Shown: positions 37,374 through 48,268 of the stretch, one piece after another
How positions within the stretch are numbered: the stretch's first letter is position 1
Layout of the letters: each line of letters starts with the position of its first letter
NCBI GenBank assembly: GCA_963811105.1
Contig: CAWEPZ010000011.1
Coordinates: 160,001 to 224,000 of the forward strand
DNA length: 64,000 nucleotides
Origin: Candidatus Bathyarchaeota archaeon
GTDB lineage: Archaea > Thermoproteota > Bathyarchaeia > Bathyarchaeales > Bathycorpusculaceae
Direction: 5' to 3'
The notes under the pieces: model-generated
The model's input: only the letters and a program-made list of their open reading frames with translations
What the model was told of the DNA's origin: nothing
Database searches by the model: none
Translations under genes and position numbers: made by a program

Positions 37374-40256
37374 ATGAGCCAAACCAAGCAAATCGAGCAG
37401 AAATGGCAAGCCAAATGGGAAAACGCGCACATTTTTGAGGCTGATCCTGACCCAAAAAGGCCGAAAAAGATGGTTACTTTTCCCTATCCGTACATGAACG
37501 GCCCCCTGCATGTTGGGCACGCCTTTACGGCTTCGAGGGTTGATGCCTATGCCCGGTTCAAGCGTATGCAGGGTTATAATGTGCTTTGGCCTTGGGCTTG
37601 GCATTGGACTGGCCAACCACTGCTTGGCGCTAGCCAACGCGTTGCGAGAGGCGATCAAGAGTATATTCGGGTTCTTAGAGAAGTTGACGGAGTTCCCGAA
37701 GCTGAACTAAAAAAGTTTGTCGATCCCCTCTACATGGCGCAATATTACACTGACGAGGGACGTTTAGCCGTTAAAAGCATCGGTTTCTCAGTGGATTGGC
37801 GCCGTGAATTCACCACCATAATGCCTACTTACCAAAAATTTATCGAGTGGCAATACAAAAACCTCAAAGAAAAAGGCTATGTCACACGGGGAACACACCC
37901 AGTAATTTGGTGTCCCAAAGACCAAAGCCCAACAGGCGACCATGACCGCCAAGTAGGCGAGGGCGTCACTCCAGAAGAATACACATTAATAAAATTCAAA
38001 CTGGATGAGAACACGTTTTTGCCAGCTGCAACGTTTCGCCCAGAAACAATCTATGGCATAACTAACATTTGGATAAATCCAGACGCCAACTACGTTGAAG
38101 CAACCGTGAATGGTGAAAACTGGATAATCAGTCAAGAAGCCGCAGAGAAACTCAAAGAGCAAGAAAAGAAAGTACAAGTAAAACGATGTTTCAAGGGAAA
38201 AGAATTTATTGGGAAGATTTTTGAGAATCCTCTTACCAATGAAAAGTTTCCGATTTTGCCAGGCTGGTTTGTTGATCCTAAAACGGCTACCGGCGTTGTT
38301 TATAGTGTTCCTGCCCATGCGCCATATGATTGGCTAGCATTGAAGGATCTGCAGGAGAAGCCTGAGGTCCTAGCGGAGTTTGAAATGGACCCTCAGATAG
38401 TTAAGCAAATCAAACCAGTATCAATTATCAAAGTGGAAGGGTTTGGCGAATACCCAGCGGTTGAAATAGTTCAGCAAATGGGCATTAAAGACCAGCATGA
38501 CCCCAAAGCAGACGAGGCAACCAAGGCCCTTTACAAAAAAGAGTTTCATGGTGGAATCCTAAAGGAAAACTGTGGGCTATACGCCGGAAAAACCGTGCGA
38601 GAAGTGAAAGAAATAATTATCAAAGATTTTCGCATCCAGGGCGTTGCTGACATCATGTTTGATTTATCCGAACAAGTTGTTTGCCGATGCATGACTCAAT
38701 GCATAGTAAAGATTCTCTCAGATCAGTGGTTTCTAAACTATAGCGACCCAGAGTGGAAGGCGAAAGCGAAAGAAGCAGTAACTCAAATGGCGATTTATCC
38801 TGACTCAGCCAGACAATCCTTTTACACAGTTATTGATTGGCTAAGGGAATGGGCTTGCGCAAGAACCACCGGGTTCGGAACCCCATTGCCTTGGGGGAAA
38901 GGCTGGATAGTTGAGACGCTCAGCGACTCGACTATCTATATGGCTTTTTATACCATAAACAAGCATATAAAACAAAATAATATCAAATCTGAATCTTTAA
39001 CGCCTGAAATCTTCGACTATGTCTTCTATGGCAAAGGCAACCCAGCCCAACTTGAAAACATAGTTGGAATAAACGCTTCCTTGCTTGAAGCAATGCGGAG
39101 CGAGTTTTCATATTGGTATCCCTTTGACTTAAGAAACTCCGCCAAAGAGCTTGTTCCAAACCATCTGAGCTTCTGTATCTTCCACCATGCTGCTCTATTT
39201 CCGCCTGAATTGTGGCCTCAGGCCATAGGGGTAAACGGTATGCTAATGGTAGAAGGCAAACAGATGCACAAGAGCAAAGGGAACTTTATCACAATGAAAG
39301 GAGCTATCGAAAAATATGGCGCCGATGCCACACGCTGCGCATTGCTACTGGGTGCTGAAGGTATGGATGACCCAGACTGGCGAGCAGAAAACGTAAACGA
39401 CCTGAAAGGTAAGTTTGAAGCACTATCAAATTTCGTAAGCGGAATCATTGCTACATCGAAAACCGAAGAAGACACGACGCTAGAGAGATGGCTTGAAGGT
39501 AAACTACAGCATCGAATAAAAGAAGTCACATCTAGCTTAGATGAGCTCAAAACGCGCACGGCTTTGCAGGTTGCGTTGTTTGAAACTTGGAATGACCTAC
39601 GCTGGTACATTCAGCGCAAAGGAAATACAGACTCTGAAGCACTGGCGGGAGTTGTTAAGGTTTGGCTTAAAATGCTTGCCCCATTTGCACCGTTTACATG
39701 CGAGGAACTCTGGAGTCAAACTGGCGAGAAGGGTTTCATTAGCCTTGCACCATGGCCAGTATTTGACGAAGCAAAAGTGAATGTAGTAGCAGAGGAGCAG
39801 GAAAACTTAGTCATCGACGTTATGTCAGATACCGCCAACATTTTGAAAGCTATGAAAATATCGCCTAAACAAATATACTACTATACAGCTGCACCATGGA
39901 AATTACAGATATACCTGAAAATTCTGGAGAAAACTATAGCTGGCGAAGCAAAAATTAACGAGCTGATGAAAGAATTCTCTTTTGACAAGGATTTGAAGCC
40001 ACATATGAAGGACATTGCAGGTTTAGTTCCAAAAGTAATCAGGGGTTTAGCTAAGCTGCCTAGTGAAAGAAAAGCCAACATACTGAAAATAAGAACTGTG
40101 GATGAAAACGCAATACTGCAATCTGCACAAGCATTTTTCAAAGAACGTTTCAATACGGAAGTAACAATTTACAATGAAAATGACAAAAACCGATATGACC
40201 CGAAAAATCGTTCTGCGATGGCTTTGCCCCTTCAACCAGCAATATACATAGAGTAA
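37374..40256 (+). CDS. leuS: Leucyl-tRNA synthetase (archaeal/eukaryotic type)
   Basis: FPYPYMNGPLHVGH, editing domain ATFRPET and SVPAHAPYD, ETLSDSTIY; KMSKS present as QMHKS. Confidence 0.97.
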   Translation: MSQTKQIEQKWQAKWENAHIFEADPDPKRPKKMVTFPYPYMNGPLHVGHAFTASRVDAYARFKRMQGYNVLWPWAWHWTGQPLLGASQRVARGDQEYIRVLREVDGVPEAELKKFVDPLYMAQYYTDEGRLAVKSIGFSVDWRREFTTIMPTYQKFIEWQYKNLKEKGYVTRGTHPVIWCPKDQSPTGDHDRQVGEGVTPEEYTLIKFKLDENTFLPAATFRPETIYGITNIWINPDANYVEATVNGENWIISQEAAEKLKEQEKKVQVKRCFKGKEFIGKIFENPLTNEKFPILPGWFVDPKTATGVVYSVPAHAPYDWLALKDLQEKPEVLAEFEMDPQIVKQIKPVSIIKVEGFGEYPAVEIVQQMGIKDQHDPKADEATKALYKKEFHGGILKENCGLYAGKTVREVKEIIIKDFRIQGVADIMFDLSEQVVCRCMTQCIVKILSDQWFLNYSDPEWKAKAKEAVTQMAIYPDSARQSFYTVIDWLREWACARTTGFGTPLPWGKGWIVETLSDSTIYMAFYTINKHIKQNNIKSESLTPEIFDYVFYGKGNPAQLENIVGINASLLEAMRSEFSYWYPFDLRNSAKELVPNHLSFCIFHHAALFPPELWPQAIGVNGMLMVEGKQMHKSKGNFITMKGAIEKYGADATRCALLLGAEGMDDPDWRAENVNDLKGKFEALSNFVSGIIATSKTEEDTTLERWLEGKLQHRIKEVTSSLDELKTRTALQVALFETWNDLRWYIQRKGNTDSEALAGVVKVWLKMLAPFAPFTCEELWSQTGEKGFISLAPWPVFDEAKVNVVAEEQENLVIDVMSDTANILKAMKISPKQIYYYTAAPWKLQIYLKILEKTIAGEAKINELMKEFSFDKDLKPHMKDIAGLVPKVIRGLAKLPSERKANILKIRTVDENAILQSAQAFFKERFNTEVTIYNENDKNRYDPKNRSAMALPLQPAIYIE

Positions 40257-40381
40257 CTGCAAAATCATTTTTACGCCTTTCTAACATTTGAAATTTAATA
40301 AACATGAAACTAATTAAGCACACGCAAACAAGAAACTAAAAAAAGCCATGATCATTTCGCCCAAAAGAGGAAGTTATTCTA

Positions 40382-41341
40382 ATGGTTAAACTTAATCACA
40401 GCTTAACTTACGAAATAAAACCGATTTCTCCCTACAACTTTGACCTCACGATCAGAAAGCCTGCAGGCTGGCCGTTATTTACGCCTCTAGAAGTTTATGA
40501 TAAAAGTACCCTCTGGACAGCGGTATTTCTAAATAATACTCTCACCGGATTAAAGCTCACCTCCAGAGGCACCACAAAAAATCCGCTTGTAGAAGCAAAA
40601 ATGTTCCTCGAAAATAAACCCTCAGAATCTCTTGACAAAATAAAAAAGACACTTGACCACCTCATTGGCGCGGACGACGACCTGCATGAATTTTACAAAC
40701 TTGCAGAGAAAGACCCAATTCTAAAATTTGTAGTCGCAGATTTACAGGGCATGCATAGTACATCATCTGGAGACACTGTGTTTCCTGATGCAATTCTAGC
40801 CATACTTCTGCAAATGGCCCCGCTTAAGAGAAGCAACGAAATGATAAACTGCGTCATTACCAAATACGGCAAGAAAGCAGAGTTTGACCGCAGAACAATC
40901 TATGTTTGGCCCACGCCACAAGCGCTTGCTAATTTAAATCCAGCATTGTTTGCTAAAGACTGCAAAATCGGCTATAGGGCAAAACGAATCGTTAAGCTTG
41001 CGGAGAAACTTGCGAAAGAAGGTTTTCCTTCTTTGCAAGAGCTGGAGCAATTAAGTTCTGAAGAAGCAAAAAAGAAGCTTCTGGAACTTCCAGGCATAGG
41101 CGATTATTCTGCCGACATCATAAATCCGCACGGCGGTTTCCCAATAGACGTCTGGTCTGCTGAGGTTTTTGGCAAATTGTTCTTTGGCAAGGAGCCAGAG
41201 AACAACAGGGAAGCTGTCGAAGAAGTAAAGAAGGAAGGAATCTTGAGGTGGGGCAAGTGGTCTTGGATGGCTTTCTTCTACATAGTGCAAGACCTTGAAA
41301 ACCTGTCCAAAAGGTTGAGTGTAAAACTTAGGCTGACTTGA
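40382..41341 (+). CDS. HhH-GPD DNA glycosylase (AlkA-like paralogue)
   Basis: GYRAK, LLELPGIGDYSA, FPIDVW. Confidence 0.85.
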   Translation: MVKLNHSLTYEIKPISPYNFDLTIRKPAGWPLFTPLEVYDKSTLWTAVFLNNTLTGLKLTSRGTTKNPLVEAKMFLENKPSESLDKIKKTLDHLIGADDDLHEFYKLAEKDPILKFVVADLQGMHSTSSGDTVFPDAILAILLQMAPLKRSNEMINCVITKYGKKAEFDRRTIYVWPTPQALANLNPALFAKDCKIGYRAKRIVKLAEKLAKEGFPSLQELEQLSSEEAKKKLLELPGIGDYSADIINPHGGFPIDVWSAEVFGKLFFGKEPENNREAVEEVKKEGILRWGKWSWMAFFYIVQDLENLSKRLSVKLRLT

Positions 41342-41389
41342 ATTGTTTAGAAAACAGTCTCATTTACCAAAAGCCTTTTTACTAGTTCT

Positions 41390-41788
41390 CTAGCTGCTTG
41401 CTTCTTGGGGCTCTTCTCGGTTCTTCAGTTTCTCTTCAAGAAGCATCAGCAATTCCTGAGGTTTCACAGGCTTAACCAAATAAGCATCCGCACCTTCATC
41501 AAGCGCTTTAACGCCAGTTTCTAACGATGGAAAACCTGTAATCATTATTTTTACTGTGTGCTGGAGCTGTTTTTTAAGCTTGGCAAGCAGATCTGTTCCA
41601 TCCATGTCTGGAAGTCTAATGTCAACCAAAGCCAAGTCGTAATGGCGACTTTCGGCTTTTTCCATTGCTTCTTTGCCAGTTTCTGCAACGTCAATTTCAT
41701 ATCCGCTTTTTTGGAGAATTCGAGTGAACGTTCGAAGTATTGACTTGTCATCGTCAACAACAAGTATTGTTTTTTTAGTCGCTGCCAT
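41390..41788 (-). CDS. Stand-alone response regulator receiver protein
   Basis: ILVVDDD, LVDIRLPDMDG (phospho-acceptor Asp), ITG, YLVKP. Confidence 0.93.
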   Translation of the reverse strand: MAATKKTILVVDDDKSILRTFTRILQKSGYEIDVAETGKEAMEKAESRHYDLALVDIRLPDMDGTDLLAKLKKQLQHTVKIMITGFPSLETGVKALDEGADAYLVKPVKPQELLMLLEEKLKNREEPQEASS

Positions 41789-42168
41789 TTAAATCATTAC
41801 ATCCTCAATTGAATAGAGATGGCTTTCTTACCCTCGTTTAAGGTATTGATAAGCCCTTAAATTATTGCAACCATTAAAGCAAACACATGCTTGATTGGAA
41901 TGCAACAAAGATATCGACCCTACTTGGATATTTTAAGAAATGATTTTCGAGACTAATAAACGCTACCCCATTGACAAATTCTCCTAAAAAACAGATTAAA
42001 ACAAGATTGTAAACTTTCGATTGCTTTCTTTGTTTTGAAAAATAAGGCAAACTCGCTTATGCGTTATGCTGCAATCATTATCCAAATTTAGATTACGCCC
42101 TGGTCTAGTTTGCAATAAGGTTATTAAAAGGAAAAATCTTTTGAATAACTTAAGTCTGGAAGAGCTAG

Positions 42169-43623
42169 ATGTCCGAGCCTTTTTCCTATAAAATTAATGC
42201 TGAAATCCCACTTACCTACATGCAAAAACTATTCGATTACATATATAATCATTATTTGGTTCCTCAAAAACAAAAATTTACAGACCTTAACAGAGAGAAA
42301 TCATCTCAAGGAGACTATCTATCTTACATAATTATTGACAAGCAGGGAAAACAACTTCTTAAAGTTGAAGTTAGAAGCGGAATTCCTATTGAACTAAAAC
42401 TAACGCCAATTGACCCAACAGTTTCTCCTCAAGTCATTGAAGAGGCAAAGCAGGATATTATCATTTCAAGTCAAATCTTCCGCGAAAACAATAGAAAAGC
42501 CACAGTTTATTTTGCGTGGAGAGAAGGAGAACAAATAATTCCAGAAGCATATACAAAACCCGAAAAATCTTTCAACCGCCTCTTCCTGGAAACACAAGTG
42601 CTCTTTTTCCTCGTTTTCATCATTTTCGGCGTTGGAATTATTATTCCATTAACAGCGTTTTATCCTTCATGGATTTGGGTTGCGCCAATACTCCTAATTT
42701 TCATACAATTCATTTTTGTCGTGTATTCCAATAACTTTATCGCCAGAACAGCTGACTGGAAAATCACCAAAGATAACCCTACAATACATCTCTTGGAATA
42801 TTCTCTGCCAGTGAGCGAAGAAGCAGACTTAAAAAAGACGTATTCCAGAGAGCAGCTTTTAGCCGTAAAGAAAGAGATTTACGACGAAGTATTGTCTAAA
42901 CATGGCCAAGTCGATCCTTTAGCAGCTCAACAAGTCTTCCTAAACCATGGCATTCCCTGTCAGTTGGAAAACTTGAAATCTAAAAAAGTTAATGTCTACG
43001 AGATTGTTAAAAACATTGCTGACCGATTCAGTTTTCCGATGCCTAAAATTGTGGTTTCAAACACTATGATTCCTAACGCTGCAGCCTCCGGACCAAGTCC
43101 AAGCCGGGGGTTGGTTATGATAACCACGGGTCTTCTGGTTCAGCTTGAAGAGGATGAGATTCTAGGTATTTTAGGTCATGAGTTTGGCCACCTGAAAGGC
43201 AGAGACTCACTGATCCTATATGGCATGGTTTCCGTACAGTACCTTTTTCAATTCTACGTGCTGTTTCAATTTTTTCCCTTCATTCTCTCACCATTGCCGT
43301 TTCTAATTTACTTCTGGGGAGTCATGGTACTGATTTTCTTCATTGCAAAATTCCTTGAAGCCCGAGCAGATTTGATTTCCGCAATTATGGTCGGTTCGCC
43401 ACAAATTTTAGCTGGTTCTCTTGAAAAAATTGGTTTTCAACGGCTGTTGTATGAGCGAACGCCTTCTTTCCGTTTTCAAGAATGGCTAGGTTTAGATAAT
43501 CACCCGCCAATTTACTTCAGAGTAGCTATGCTTGAGAAACTTGGACCTGAAAAGATTAAGCATCCACTGTTAAAGTCGATAAAGGATGTTACCAAAGGAT
43601 TCATCGCTACATTGAAAAGCTAA
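42169..43623 (+). CDS. M48 (HtpX-like) membrane zinc metalloprotease with N-terminal extension
   Basis: PNAAASG, HEFGH, EARAD, HPP...R. Confidence 0.88.
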   Translation: MSEPFSYKINAEIPLTYMQKLFDYIYNHYLVPQKQKFTDLNREKSSQGDYLSYIIIDKQGKQLLKVEVRSGIPIELKLTPIDPTVSPQVIEEAKQDIIISSQIFRENNRKATVYFAWREGEQIIPEAYTKPEKSFNRLFLETQVLFFLVFIIFGVGIIIPLTAFYPSWIWVAPILLIFIQFIFVVYSNNFIARTADWKITKDNPTIHLLEYSLPVSEEADLKKTYSREQLLAVKKEIYDEVLSKHGQVDPLAAQQVFLNHGIPCQLENLKSKKVNVYEIVKNIADRFSFPMPKIVVSNTMIPNAAASGPSPSRGLVMITTGLLVQLEEDEILGILGHEFGHLKGRDSLILYGMVSVQYLFQFYVLFQFFPFILSPLPFLIYFWGVMVLIFFIAKFLEARADLISAIMVGSPQILAGSLEKIGFQRLLYERTPSFRFQEWLGLDNHPPIYFRVAMLEKLGPEKIKHPLLKSIKDVTKGFIATLKS

Positions 43624-43712
43624 ACAGCTGGCAGTTCATAATCCCAATTTGCTAGAAATCCTTATCCGTCTCTTCCAGTTTTAAATCAAATGATTTTTGG
43701 AGTTGCGTTTGC

Positions 43713-43911
43713 TTGAGTTATTCCATCCAGCTAATTAGTCCAGAAGAAAAGGACAGGCTTTTTGAAGCCTATGATGCCAGATTGCTTTATACTAGCAAAG
43801 CGGAAAATTTACGGATTCTGCATCAAATTACTGACAGAATCCGAGAACACAACAGGAACTCCGCAAGCTACTCAAGAGGAGATTCGCAAAGCTCTTTACC
43901 TGAAAAAATAG
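43713..43911 (+). pseudogene. Internally deleted, frameshifted remnant of an archaeal HPr-kinase-like ('aldolase'-annotated) gene
   Basis: MSYSIQLISPEEKD...LLYTSKAE/IYGFCIKLLTES is joined directly to NTTGTPQATQEEIRKAL*. Family recognised from memory only. Confidence 0.5.
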
Positions 43912-43974
43912 GTTATCTATCAAAAGAATAATAAAGCTATACAGACGAGTTACCTCAGCCTTGAAGGAGGAAAA

Positions 43975-45270
43975 TTGTTGAAGCTAATTTACGTTGCAAT
44001 AGACGGCATGGGAGATTTACCAATCAAGAGTTTAGGCGATAAAACACCCTTGGAAGCCGCTGTAACTCCAGATATGGATGATCTGGCCAAAAATGGCAAA
44101 ATTGGCTTAATGTACTCTGTTAAGAAAGGTGTTGCACCTGAGAGTGATGTCGCTGTTATTTCACTTTTAGGTTATGACCCTTTTAAATACAGCACAGGCA
44201 GAGGAGTAATCGAAGCCGTTGGCGCAGGGTTGAAAATGCAAGATGGCGATTTAGCTTTAAGATGCAACTTTGCCACATTAGGTCAAGGAAAAACCATAAT
44301 TGACCGCCGAGTGGCAAGAAGCCTCACAACAGATGAAGCTACGGAGCTAACTAAGGCTGCCAACAAACAAGTTAAGCTTGAATCTTACCCTGCAACATTT
44401 GAGTTTCGCAACACGCAGGGGCATAGAGCAGTCTTGTTGATAAAAAGTAAAGCCAAACCTCTTTCAAGCAACATAACAAACAGCGACCCAGCTTACATAG
44501 TAGTTAACGGTCTCGGTGTTGCGCAAGCTAAGGTTGAAATGGTGCTAAAAACCTGCGAACCCACCGATAATACAGATGCAGCGAAAATTTCAGCTGGCTT
44601 AGTAAATGAGTTTATAGAGAAAACTCACAAGCTTTGGGACAGCCACCCGATAAATGCAAAGCGTACGGCTGAGAGCAAACTTAAGGCAAACGTTGTTCTT
44701 ACCAGAGACGCAGGACACCTTTTACCCAAGTTCTTCAATATCAACGAACGGTACCACGTTAATTTTGCCTGTTTAGCTGATATGCAAGCTGAAAGGGGCA
44801 TTGCGCAACTGGCAGGAATGGATTCGATGCTTTTGCCGCCGCCTTCGGGCAACCTACAGAAAGACTGCGAATTACGCGTTAAAACCCTACTCGCCGTGCT
44901 TCCCAAACATGACTGCTTCTACATTCACCTTAAAGGTCCAGATGAGCCAGGACACGATGGAAACTGCACATTAAAAACTCAGATTATCTCAATCATAGAC
45001 AAGGACTTCTTTGGTCCCCTACTAAAGCAGATTTCCTTAAAAGACAATCTTATCTGCATAACAACTGACCATGCCACGCCCTGTTCGCTAAAAGTTCACA
45101 GCGACACACCTGTGCCGGTGCTGATTTCAGGTGCTGAAGTAAAGGGCAACGGTATAGCGGTAAAGTTCTGTGAGAAAGAGTGTGCCAAAGGAAGCTTAGG
45201 AACGCTGGAACGCGGATGCGAATTATTGCCAAAACTTATGACTCTAATTAAAAGAAGCCAACAGCAATAA
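43975..45270 (+). CDS. apgM: 2,3-bisphosphoglycerate-independent phosphoglycerate mutase (archaeal type)
   Basis: IDGMGD, TPLEAA.TP, PESD, H.KGPDEPGHDG, TDHATP, HSDTPVP. Confidence 0.92.
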   Translation: MLKLIYVAIDGMGDLPIKSLGDKTPLEAAVTPDMDDLAKNGKIGLMYSVKKGVAPESDVAVISLLGYDPFKYSTGRGVIEAVGAGLKMQDGDLALRCNFATLGQGKTIIDRRVARSLTTDEATELTKAANKQVKLESYPATFEFRNTQGHRAVLLIKSKAKPLSSNITNSDPAYIVVNGLGVAQAKVEMVLKTCEPTDNTDAAKISAGLVNEFIEKTHKLWDSHPINAKRTAESKLKANVVLTRDAGHLLPKFFNINERYHVNFACLADMQAERGIAQLAGMDSMLLPPPSGNLQKDCELRVKTLLAVLPKHDCFYIHLKGPDEPGHDGNCTLKTQIISIIDKDFFGPLLKQISLKDNLICITTDHATPCSLKVHSDTPVPVLISGAEVKGNGIAVKFCEKECAKGSLGTLERGCELLPKLMTLIKRSQQQ

Positions 45271-45333
45271 TTTTGCTTTCCTTTTTTCAACAATACTTAA
45301 TTGGGAAATAACGCTATTTTTAATGGGAGCTTT

Positions 45334-45795
45334 ATGGTTTCTGTATTTCAGATAGATCTTGTTTTTCAAGCTTCGATTTTTTGATATTCTCGCAGTGGGT
45401 ATGGCAGTTGAGCGTAAACATAAGATTAAGTGGCATGCTCAATTGATGTTGGCGACTCTTGTGTTAAATATTGTTTCGTTTTTGGCTGTGATGGGTCCTG
45501 CATGCGATAATGTTGGAGATGGAGTAGTGGGCACTTTAGGCATCGTAGCGATGCGGCACGTCGGTTCTGGCGGTTTAGCTTTGATTTTGAGTTTCTAGGT
45601 TGTTGGTTCTTGGTTATCATCGCCACTGCTGATGCCATCGTTAAAGATCAGTTGTTATGGTGCTTTGAACAAGAAGCTTATGTGGGCTGTTCTTTAACTT
45701 TGGCTTTCTTCGCTTGATTTTAGGGTTTTTTCCCTTATGCTCCGATTAATACAGGGATGTTTGGCAGCTTTCCCATTATTCAAGGTGGCGATTAG
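45334..45795 (+). pseudogene. DUF420-like membrane protein, disrupted
   Basis: Stitched: MVSVFQIDLVFQ...HKIKWHAQLML..LVLNIVSFLAVMGP...H.G.GGLALILSF*VVGSW...KKLMWAVL*LW, with frameshifts and in-frame stops. Confidence 0.6.
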
Positions 45796-45867
45796 GTTTA
45801 GAGCAAAAAGTAAGATGTGTCCTTTAATAAAAGAGGGTGCAATAGGTTAACAGCTGTGAAATAAGAA

Positions 45868-46209
45868 ATGGCTTACTTGCGGATAGAAAAAGAAAACCTC
45901 GAAGTTTTATATTCACTTAAGGCGATTTGGGAAACGATACCCAAAGTGGTAGATTCACTTAATTGGAAAATCGAAGAGGCCGACGATGCTACGAATCATC
46001 TTAAGGTTAAGACTAAAGGGGGATTCATATCTTATCCGTCAATGATAAGAATCGATTTGTCTGTTATAGATGAGAAAACCACGAGGTTGATAGTGGAAGC
46101 TGAGACTCCGGTAACAACAATTACGGCCGTCGCGGATTACGGCAGGACAAGGGAACGCGTTGACCAGTTTGTTGTTGCACTTGCCAAGCTGATGGAAAGT
46201 AACAAATAA
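45868..46209 (+). CDS. Hypothetical protein (alpha/beta, 113 aa)
   Basis: Clean ORF with ATG start; no family recognised. Confidence 0.7.
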   Translation: MAYLRIEKENLEVLYSLKAIWETIPKVVDSLNWKIEEADDATNHLKVKTKGGFISYPSMIRIDLSVIDEKTTRLIVEAETPVTTITAVADYGRTRERVDQFVVALAKLMESNK

Positions 46210-46318
46210 AACGTATATTGCCCAAGTATTTGTGACCTGCGCAAAAGACAGCTTCATTTAATTCTATTAAGAACGAAAGTTATATGACTGCTTTGGTCAC
46301 ATTAAAACAACACAAACA

Positions 46319-46735
46319 GTGTACTTTATGAGTAACAAGCATCCTTCACTCATTTACAAAGGCAGAAGCATAGGTGTCCTAATTTTAACCGTTGCGCAGC
46401 TGCTTATCGGAGCAATCCACATCCTGTTTGGTTTCCTGCTTCTCAGATCCGAAGGGTCAATTCTGAAAGCAACCATTGCCTACGATATTTACACAGTGGC
46501 TTTCGGGATATTGGTTTTGGTTTTTGGATGGCTTATTTGGCAGGGCAAAAAAACTGGCTGGGTCGGCACCGTGGCAGTTTCTGTATTCGTTAGCATCGCC
46601 GACGCCTTGGCGGTTCTTGGTTTACCAAGTATCCCCGGAATCCCAACGTTTGCAGCACCAACTGAGATAATATACAGCTTGTTTGTCGTAATCTACTTGT
46701 TGCAACCACATGTTAGGAAAAAATACGGGCTATAA
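46319..46735 (+). CDS. Hypothetical membrane protein (4 TM)
   Basis: R-x-x-GV start, GWLIWQGKK.GW, YLLQPHVRK end. Confidence 0.75.
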   Translation: MYFMSNKHPSLIYKGRSIGVLILTVAQLLIGAIHILFGFLLLRSEGSILKATIAYDIYTVAFGILVLVFGWLIWQGKKTGWVGTVAVSVFVSIADALAVLGLPSIPGIPTFAAPTEIIYSLFVVIYLLQPHVRKKYGL

Positions 46736-46736
46736 G

Positions 46737-47402
46737 TTAAGGAATTGTCGCATTGTTGGCGAACCCTCGGCTTTCCCAATAGCCAAGGTAGTTTACGTTG
46801 TCTGTTAATTCAATTTTTGTTAGCCATTTTATCCATTTGTAACCGTATTGGCTTTCGGCTACTAGTTGAAAAGGGAAGCCTCGTTCTGGTGGGATTGTTA
46901 AATTGTTCATTTTATAGGCTATCATTATGTTTTTGCCGGTTAAGTAACTAAGTGGAAGAGCGGTTGAATAATTATCGGCTGCATAAAATATCGCTGCGGC
47001 TGCACTACTTTTAATGCCTGCTTGCTGTAGCAAGTCGGTTACAAGGAAGCCTTCCCATAGAATTGTCGCTGTCCAACCTTCTATGCAATGGATAGTTACA
47101 ACTTTTTGGTATTTCTGAAAAATATTGAGAACATCGTCATAAGAGTACTGAATTGTTTTGTTTACCAATCCAGTTATGGTGAGCTTGTACGTTGAGACGT
47201 TGATGTATTGTGTTCCCGCAATGTTGTTTTCAATAACATTACTAATTGAAGATAGGTTCTCGCCTTGATAATTTCTTATTTCCGTCGGATATAGGTTCTT
47301 TGGTTGAATTTGCAAATAAACGCCTATCCAAAGCGCCATAAGTAACAGCATAGTGACGAGAAAAACGACAATCCAAACTCGATAACGCTTCACTCTTTCC
47401 AT
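46737..47402 (-). CDS. Membrane-anchored sulfite-oxidase-family molybdopterin oxidoreductase (YuiH/MsrP-like)
   Basis: L.ITGLV, HCIEGW (Mo-Cys), GFP.QLV...YGYKWIKW, GYWESRG. Confidence 0.88.
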   Translation of the reverse strand: MERVKRYRVWIVVFLVTMLLLMALWIGVYLQIQPKNLYPTEIRNYQGENLSSISNVIENNIAGTQYINVSTYKLTITGLVNKTIQYSYDDVLNIFQKYQKVVTIHCIEGWTATILWEGFLVTDLLQQAGIKSSAAAAIFYAADNYSTALPLSYLTGKNIMIAYKMNNLTIPPERGFPFQLVAESQYGYKWIKWLTKIELTDNVNYLGYWESRGFANNATIP

Positions 47403-47504
47403 TAAAAAACCAACTAAAGAAAAAGCGAAAGAACCTTTAAAACTTACCGACTAAGCCAAAGAAACAAACAGATGAACCAAACTCAGATTTTTTTTCTTCA
47501 ATCC

Positions 47505-48257
47505 CTAAAAATAGGTTGAAGGTTTTTTCATCCAATCATGAGCAAAAATCTCTGCTTCCCCACTTTCAATACCCGCGACAATCTTTTTTGCTACAAATTC
47601 CGCCGTATCTGGTTCAAATGGTGCCCCTTCATATTCGCCTTCTTCCTCTTGAGCGCCTTCTTCTTCAATAAGAGGAGGCTTGATTGTGTTTTCTTCAAAA
47701 TCTGTACTAGTGATGTAGGGGTACATGACTGAGACGGCTATGTTGTCTTTTTTGAGCTCTTCACGCGCGGTCAGACTTATGTGAGAGAGCGCCCGCTTCA
47801 GCGAGCTATAGATGCTCATTCCTGGCAAATACATCAGCGCCAACCCTGAACTTATGTTAATGATTGATCCTTCGCCCTGTTTGCGCATGAGGGGGATAAC
47901 TTGCTGCATGGCAACAACTGGACCTAAAAAGTCAAGGTTGAATATGCAGTGAATTATGTCAACGTCAATTCTCTCAATTGTTGCGTCATAGCCTTGCCCC
48001 GCGTTGTTGACTAAAATGTCAATTCTTCCAAAGTGTTCGTGCACCTGCTTAATCATACGTTCAACGTCTTCAACTTTAGAAATGTCTGCAACAACTGCAA
48101 TCGAATCAGGCAATTCCTTGGCAAGCATCTCAAGCTTCTCTTTTGAACGCGCAACCAAAGCCAGGTTGGCGCCTTTAATAGAAAGAAGCTTTGCCGTTGC
48201 TAAGCCGATGCCGCCCGATGCGCCAGTAACAATTGCAACTTTTCCCTTGACATCCAT
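47505..48257 (-). CDS. Short-chain dehydrogenase/reductase
   Basis: TGASGGIG, NNAG, NISS, YSSLK. Confidence 0.92.
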   Translation of the reverse strand: MDVKGKVAIVTGASGGIGLATAKLLSIKGANLALVARSKEKLEMLAKELPDSIAVVADISKVEDVERMIKQVHEHFGRIDILVNNAGQGYDATIERIDVDIIHCIFNLDFLGPVVAMQQVIPLMRKQGEGSIINISSGLALMYLPGMSIYSSLKRALSHISLTAREELKKDNIAVSVMYPYITSTDFEENTIKPPLIEEEGAQEEEGEYEGAPFEPDTAEFVAKKIVAGIESGEAEIFAHDWMKKPSTYF

Positions 48258-48268
48258 TAAAATCAGCC

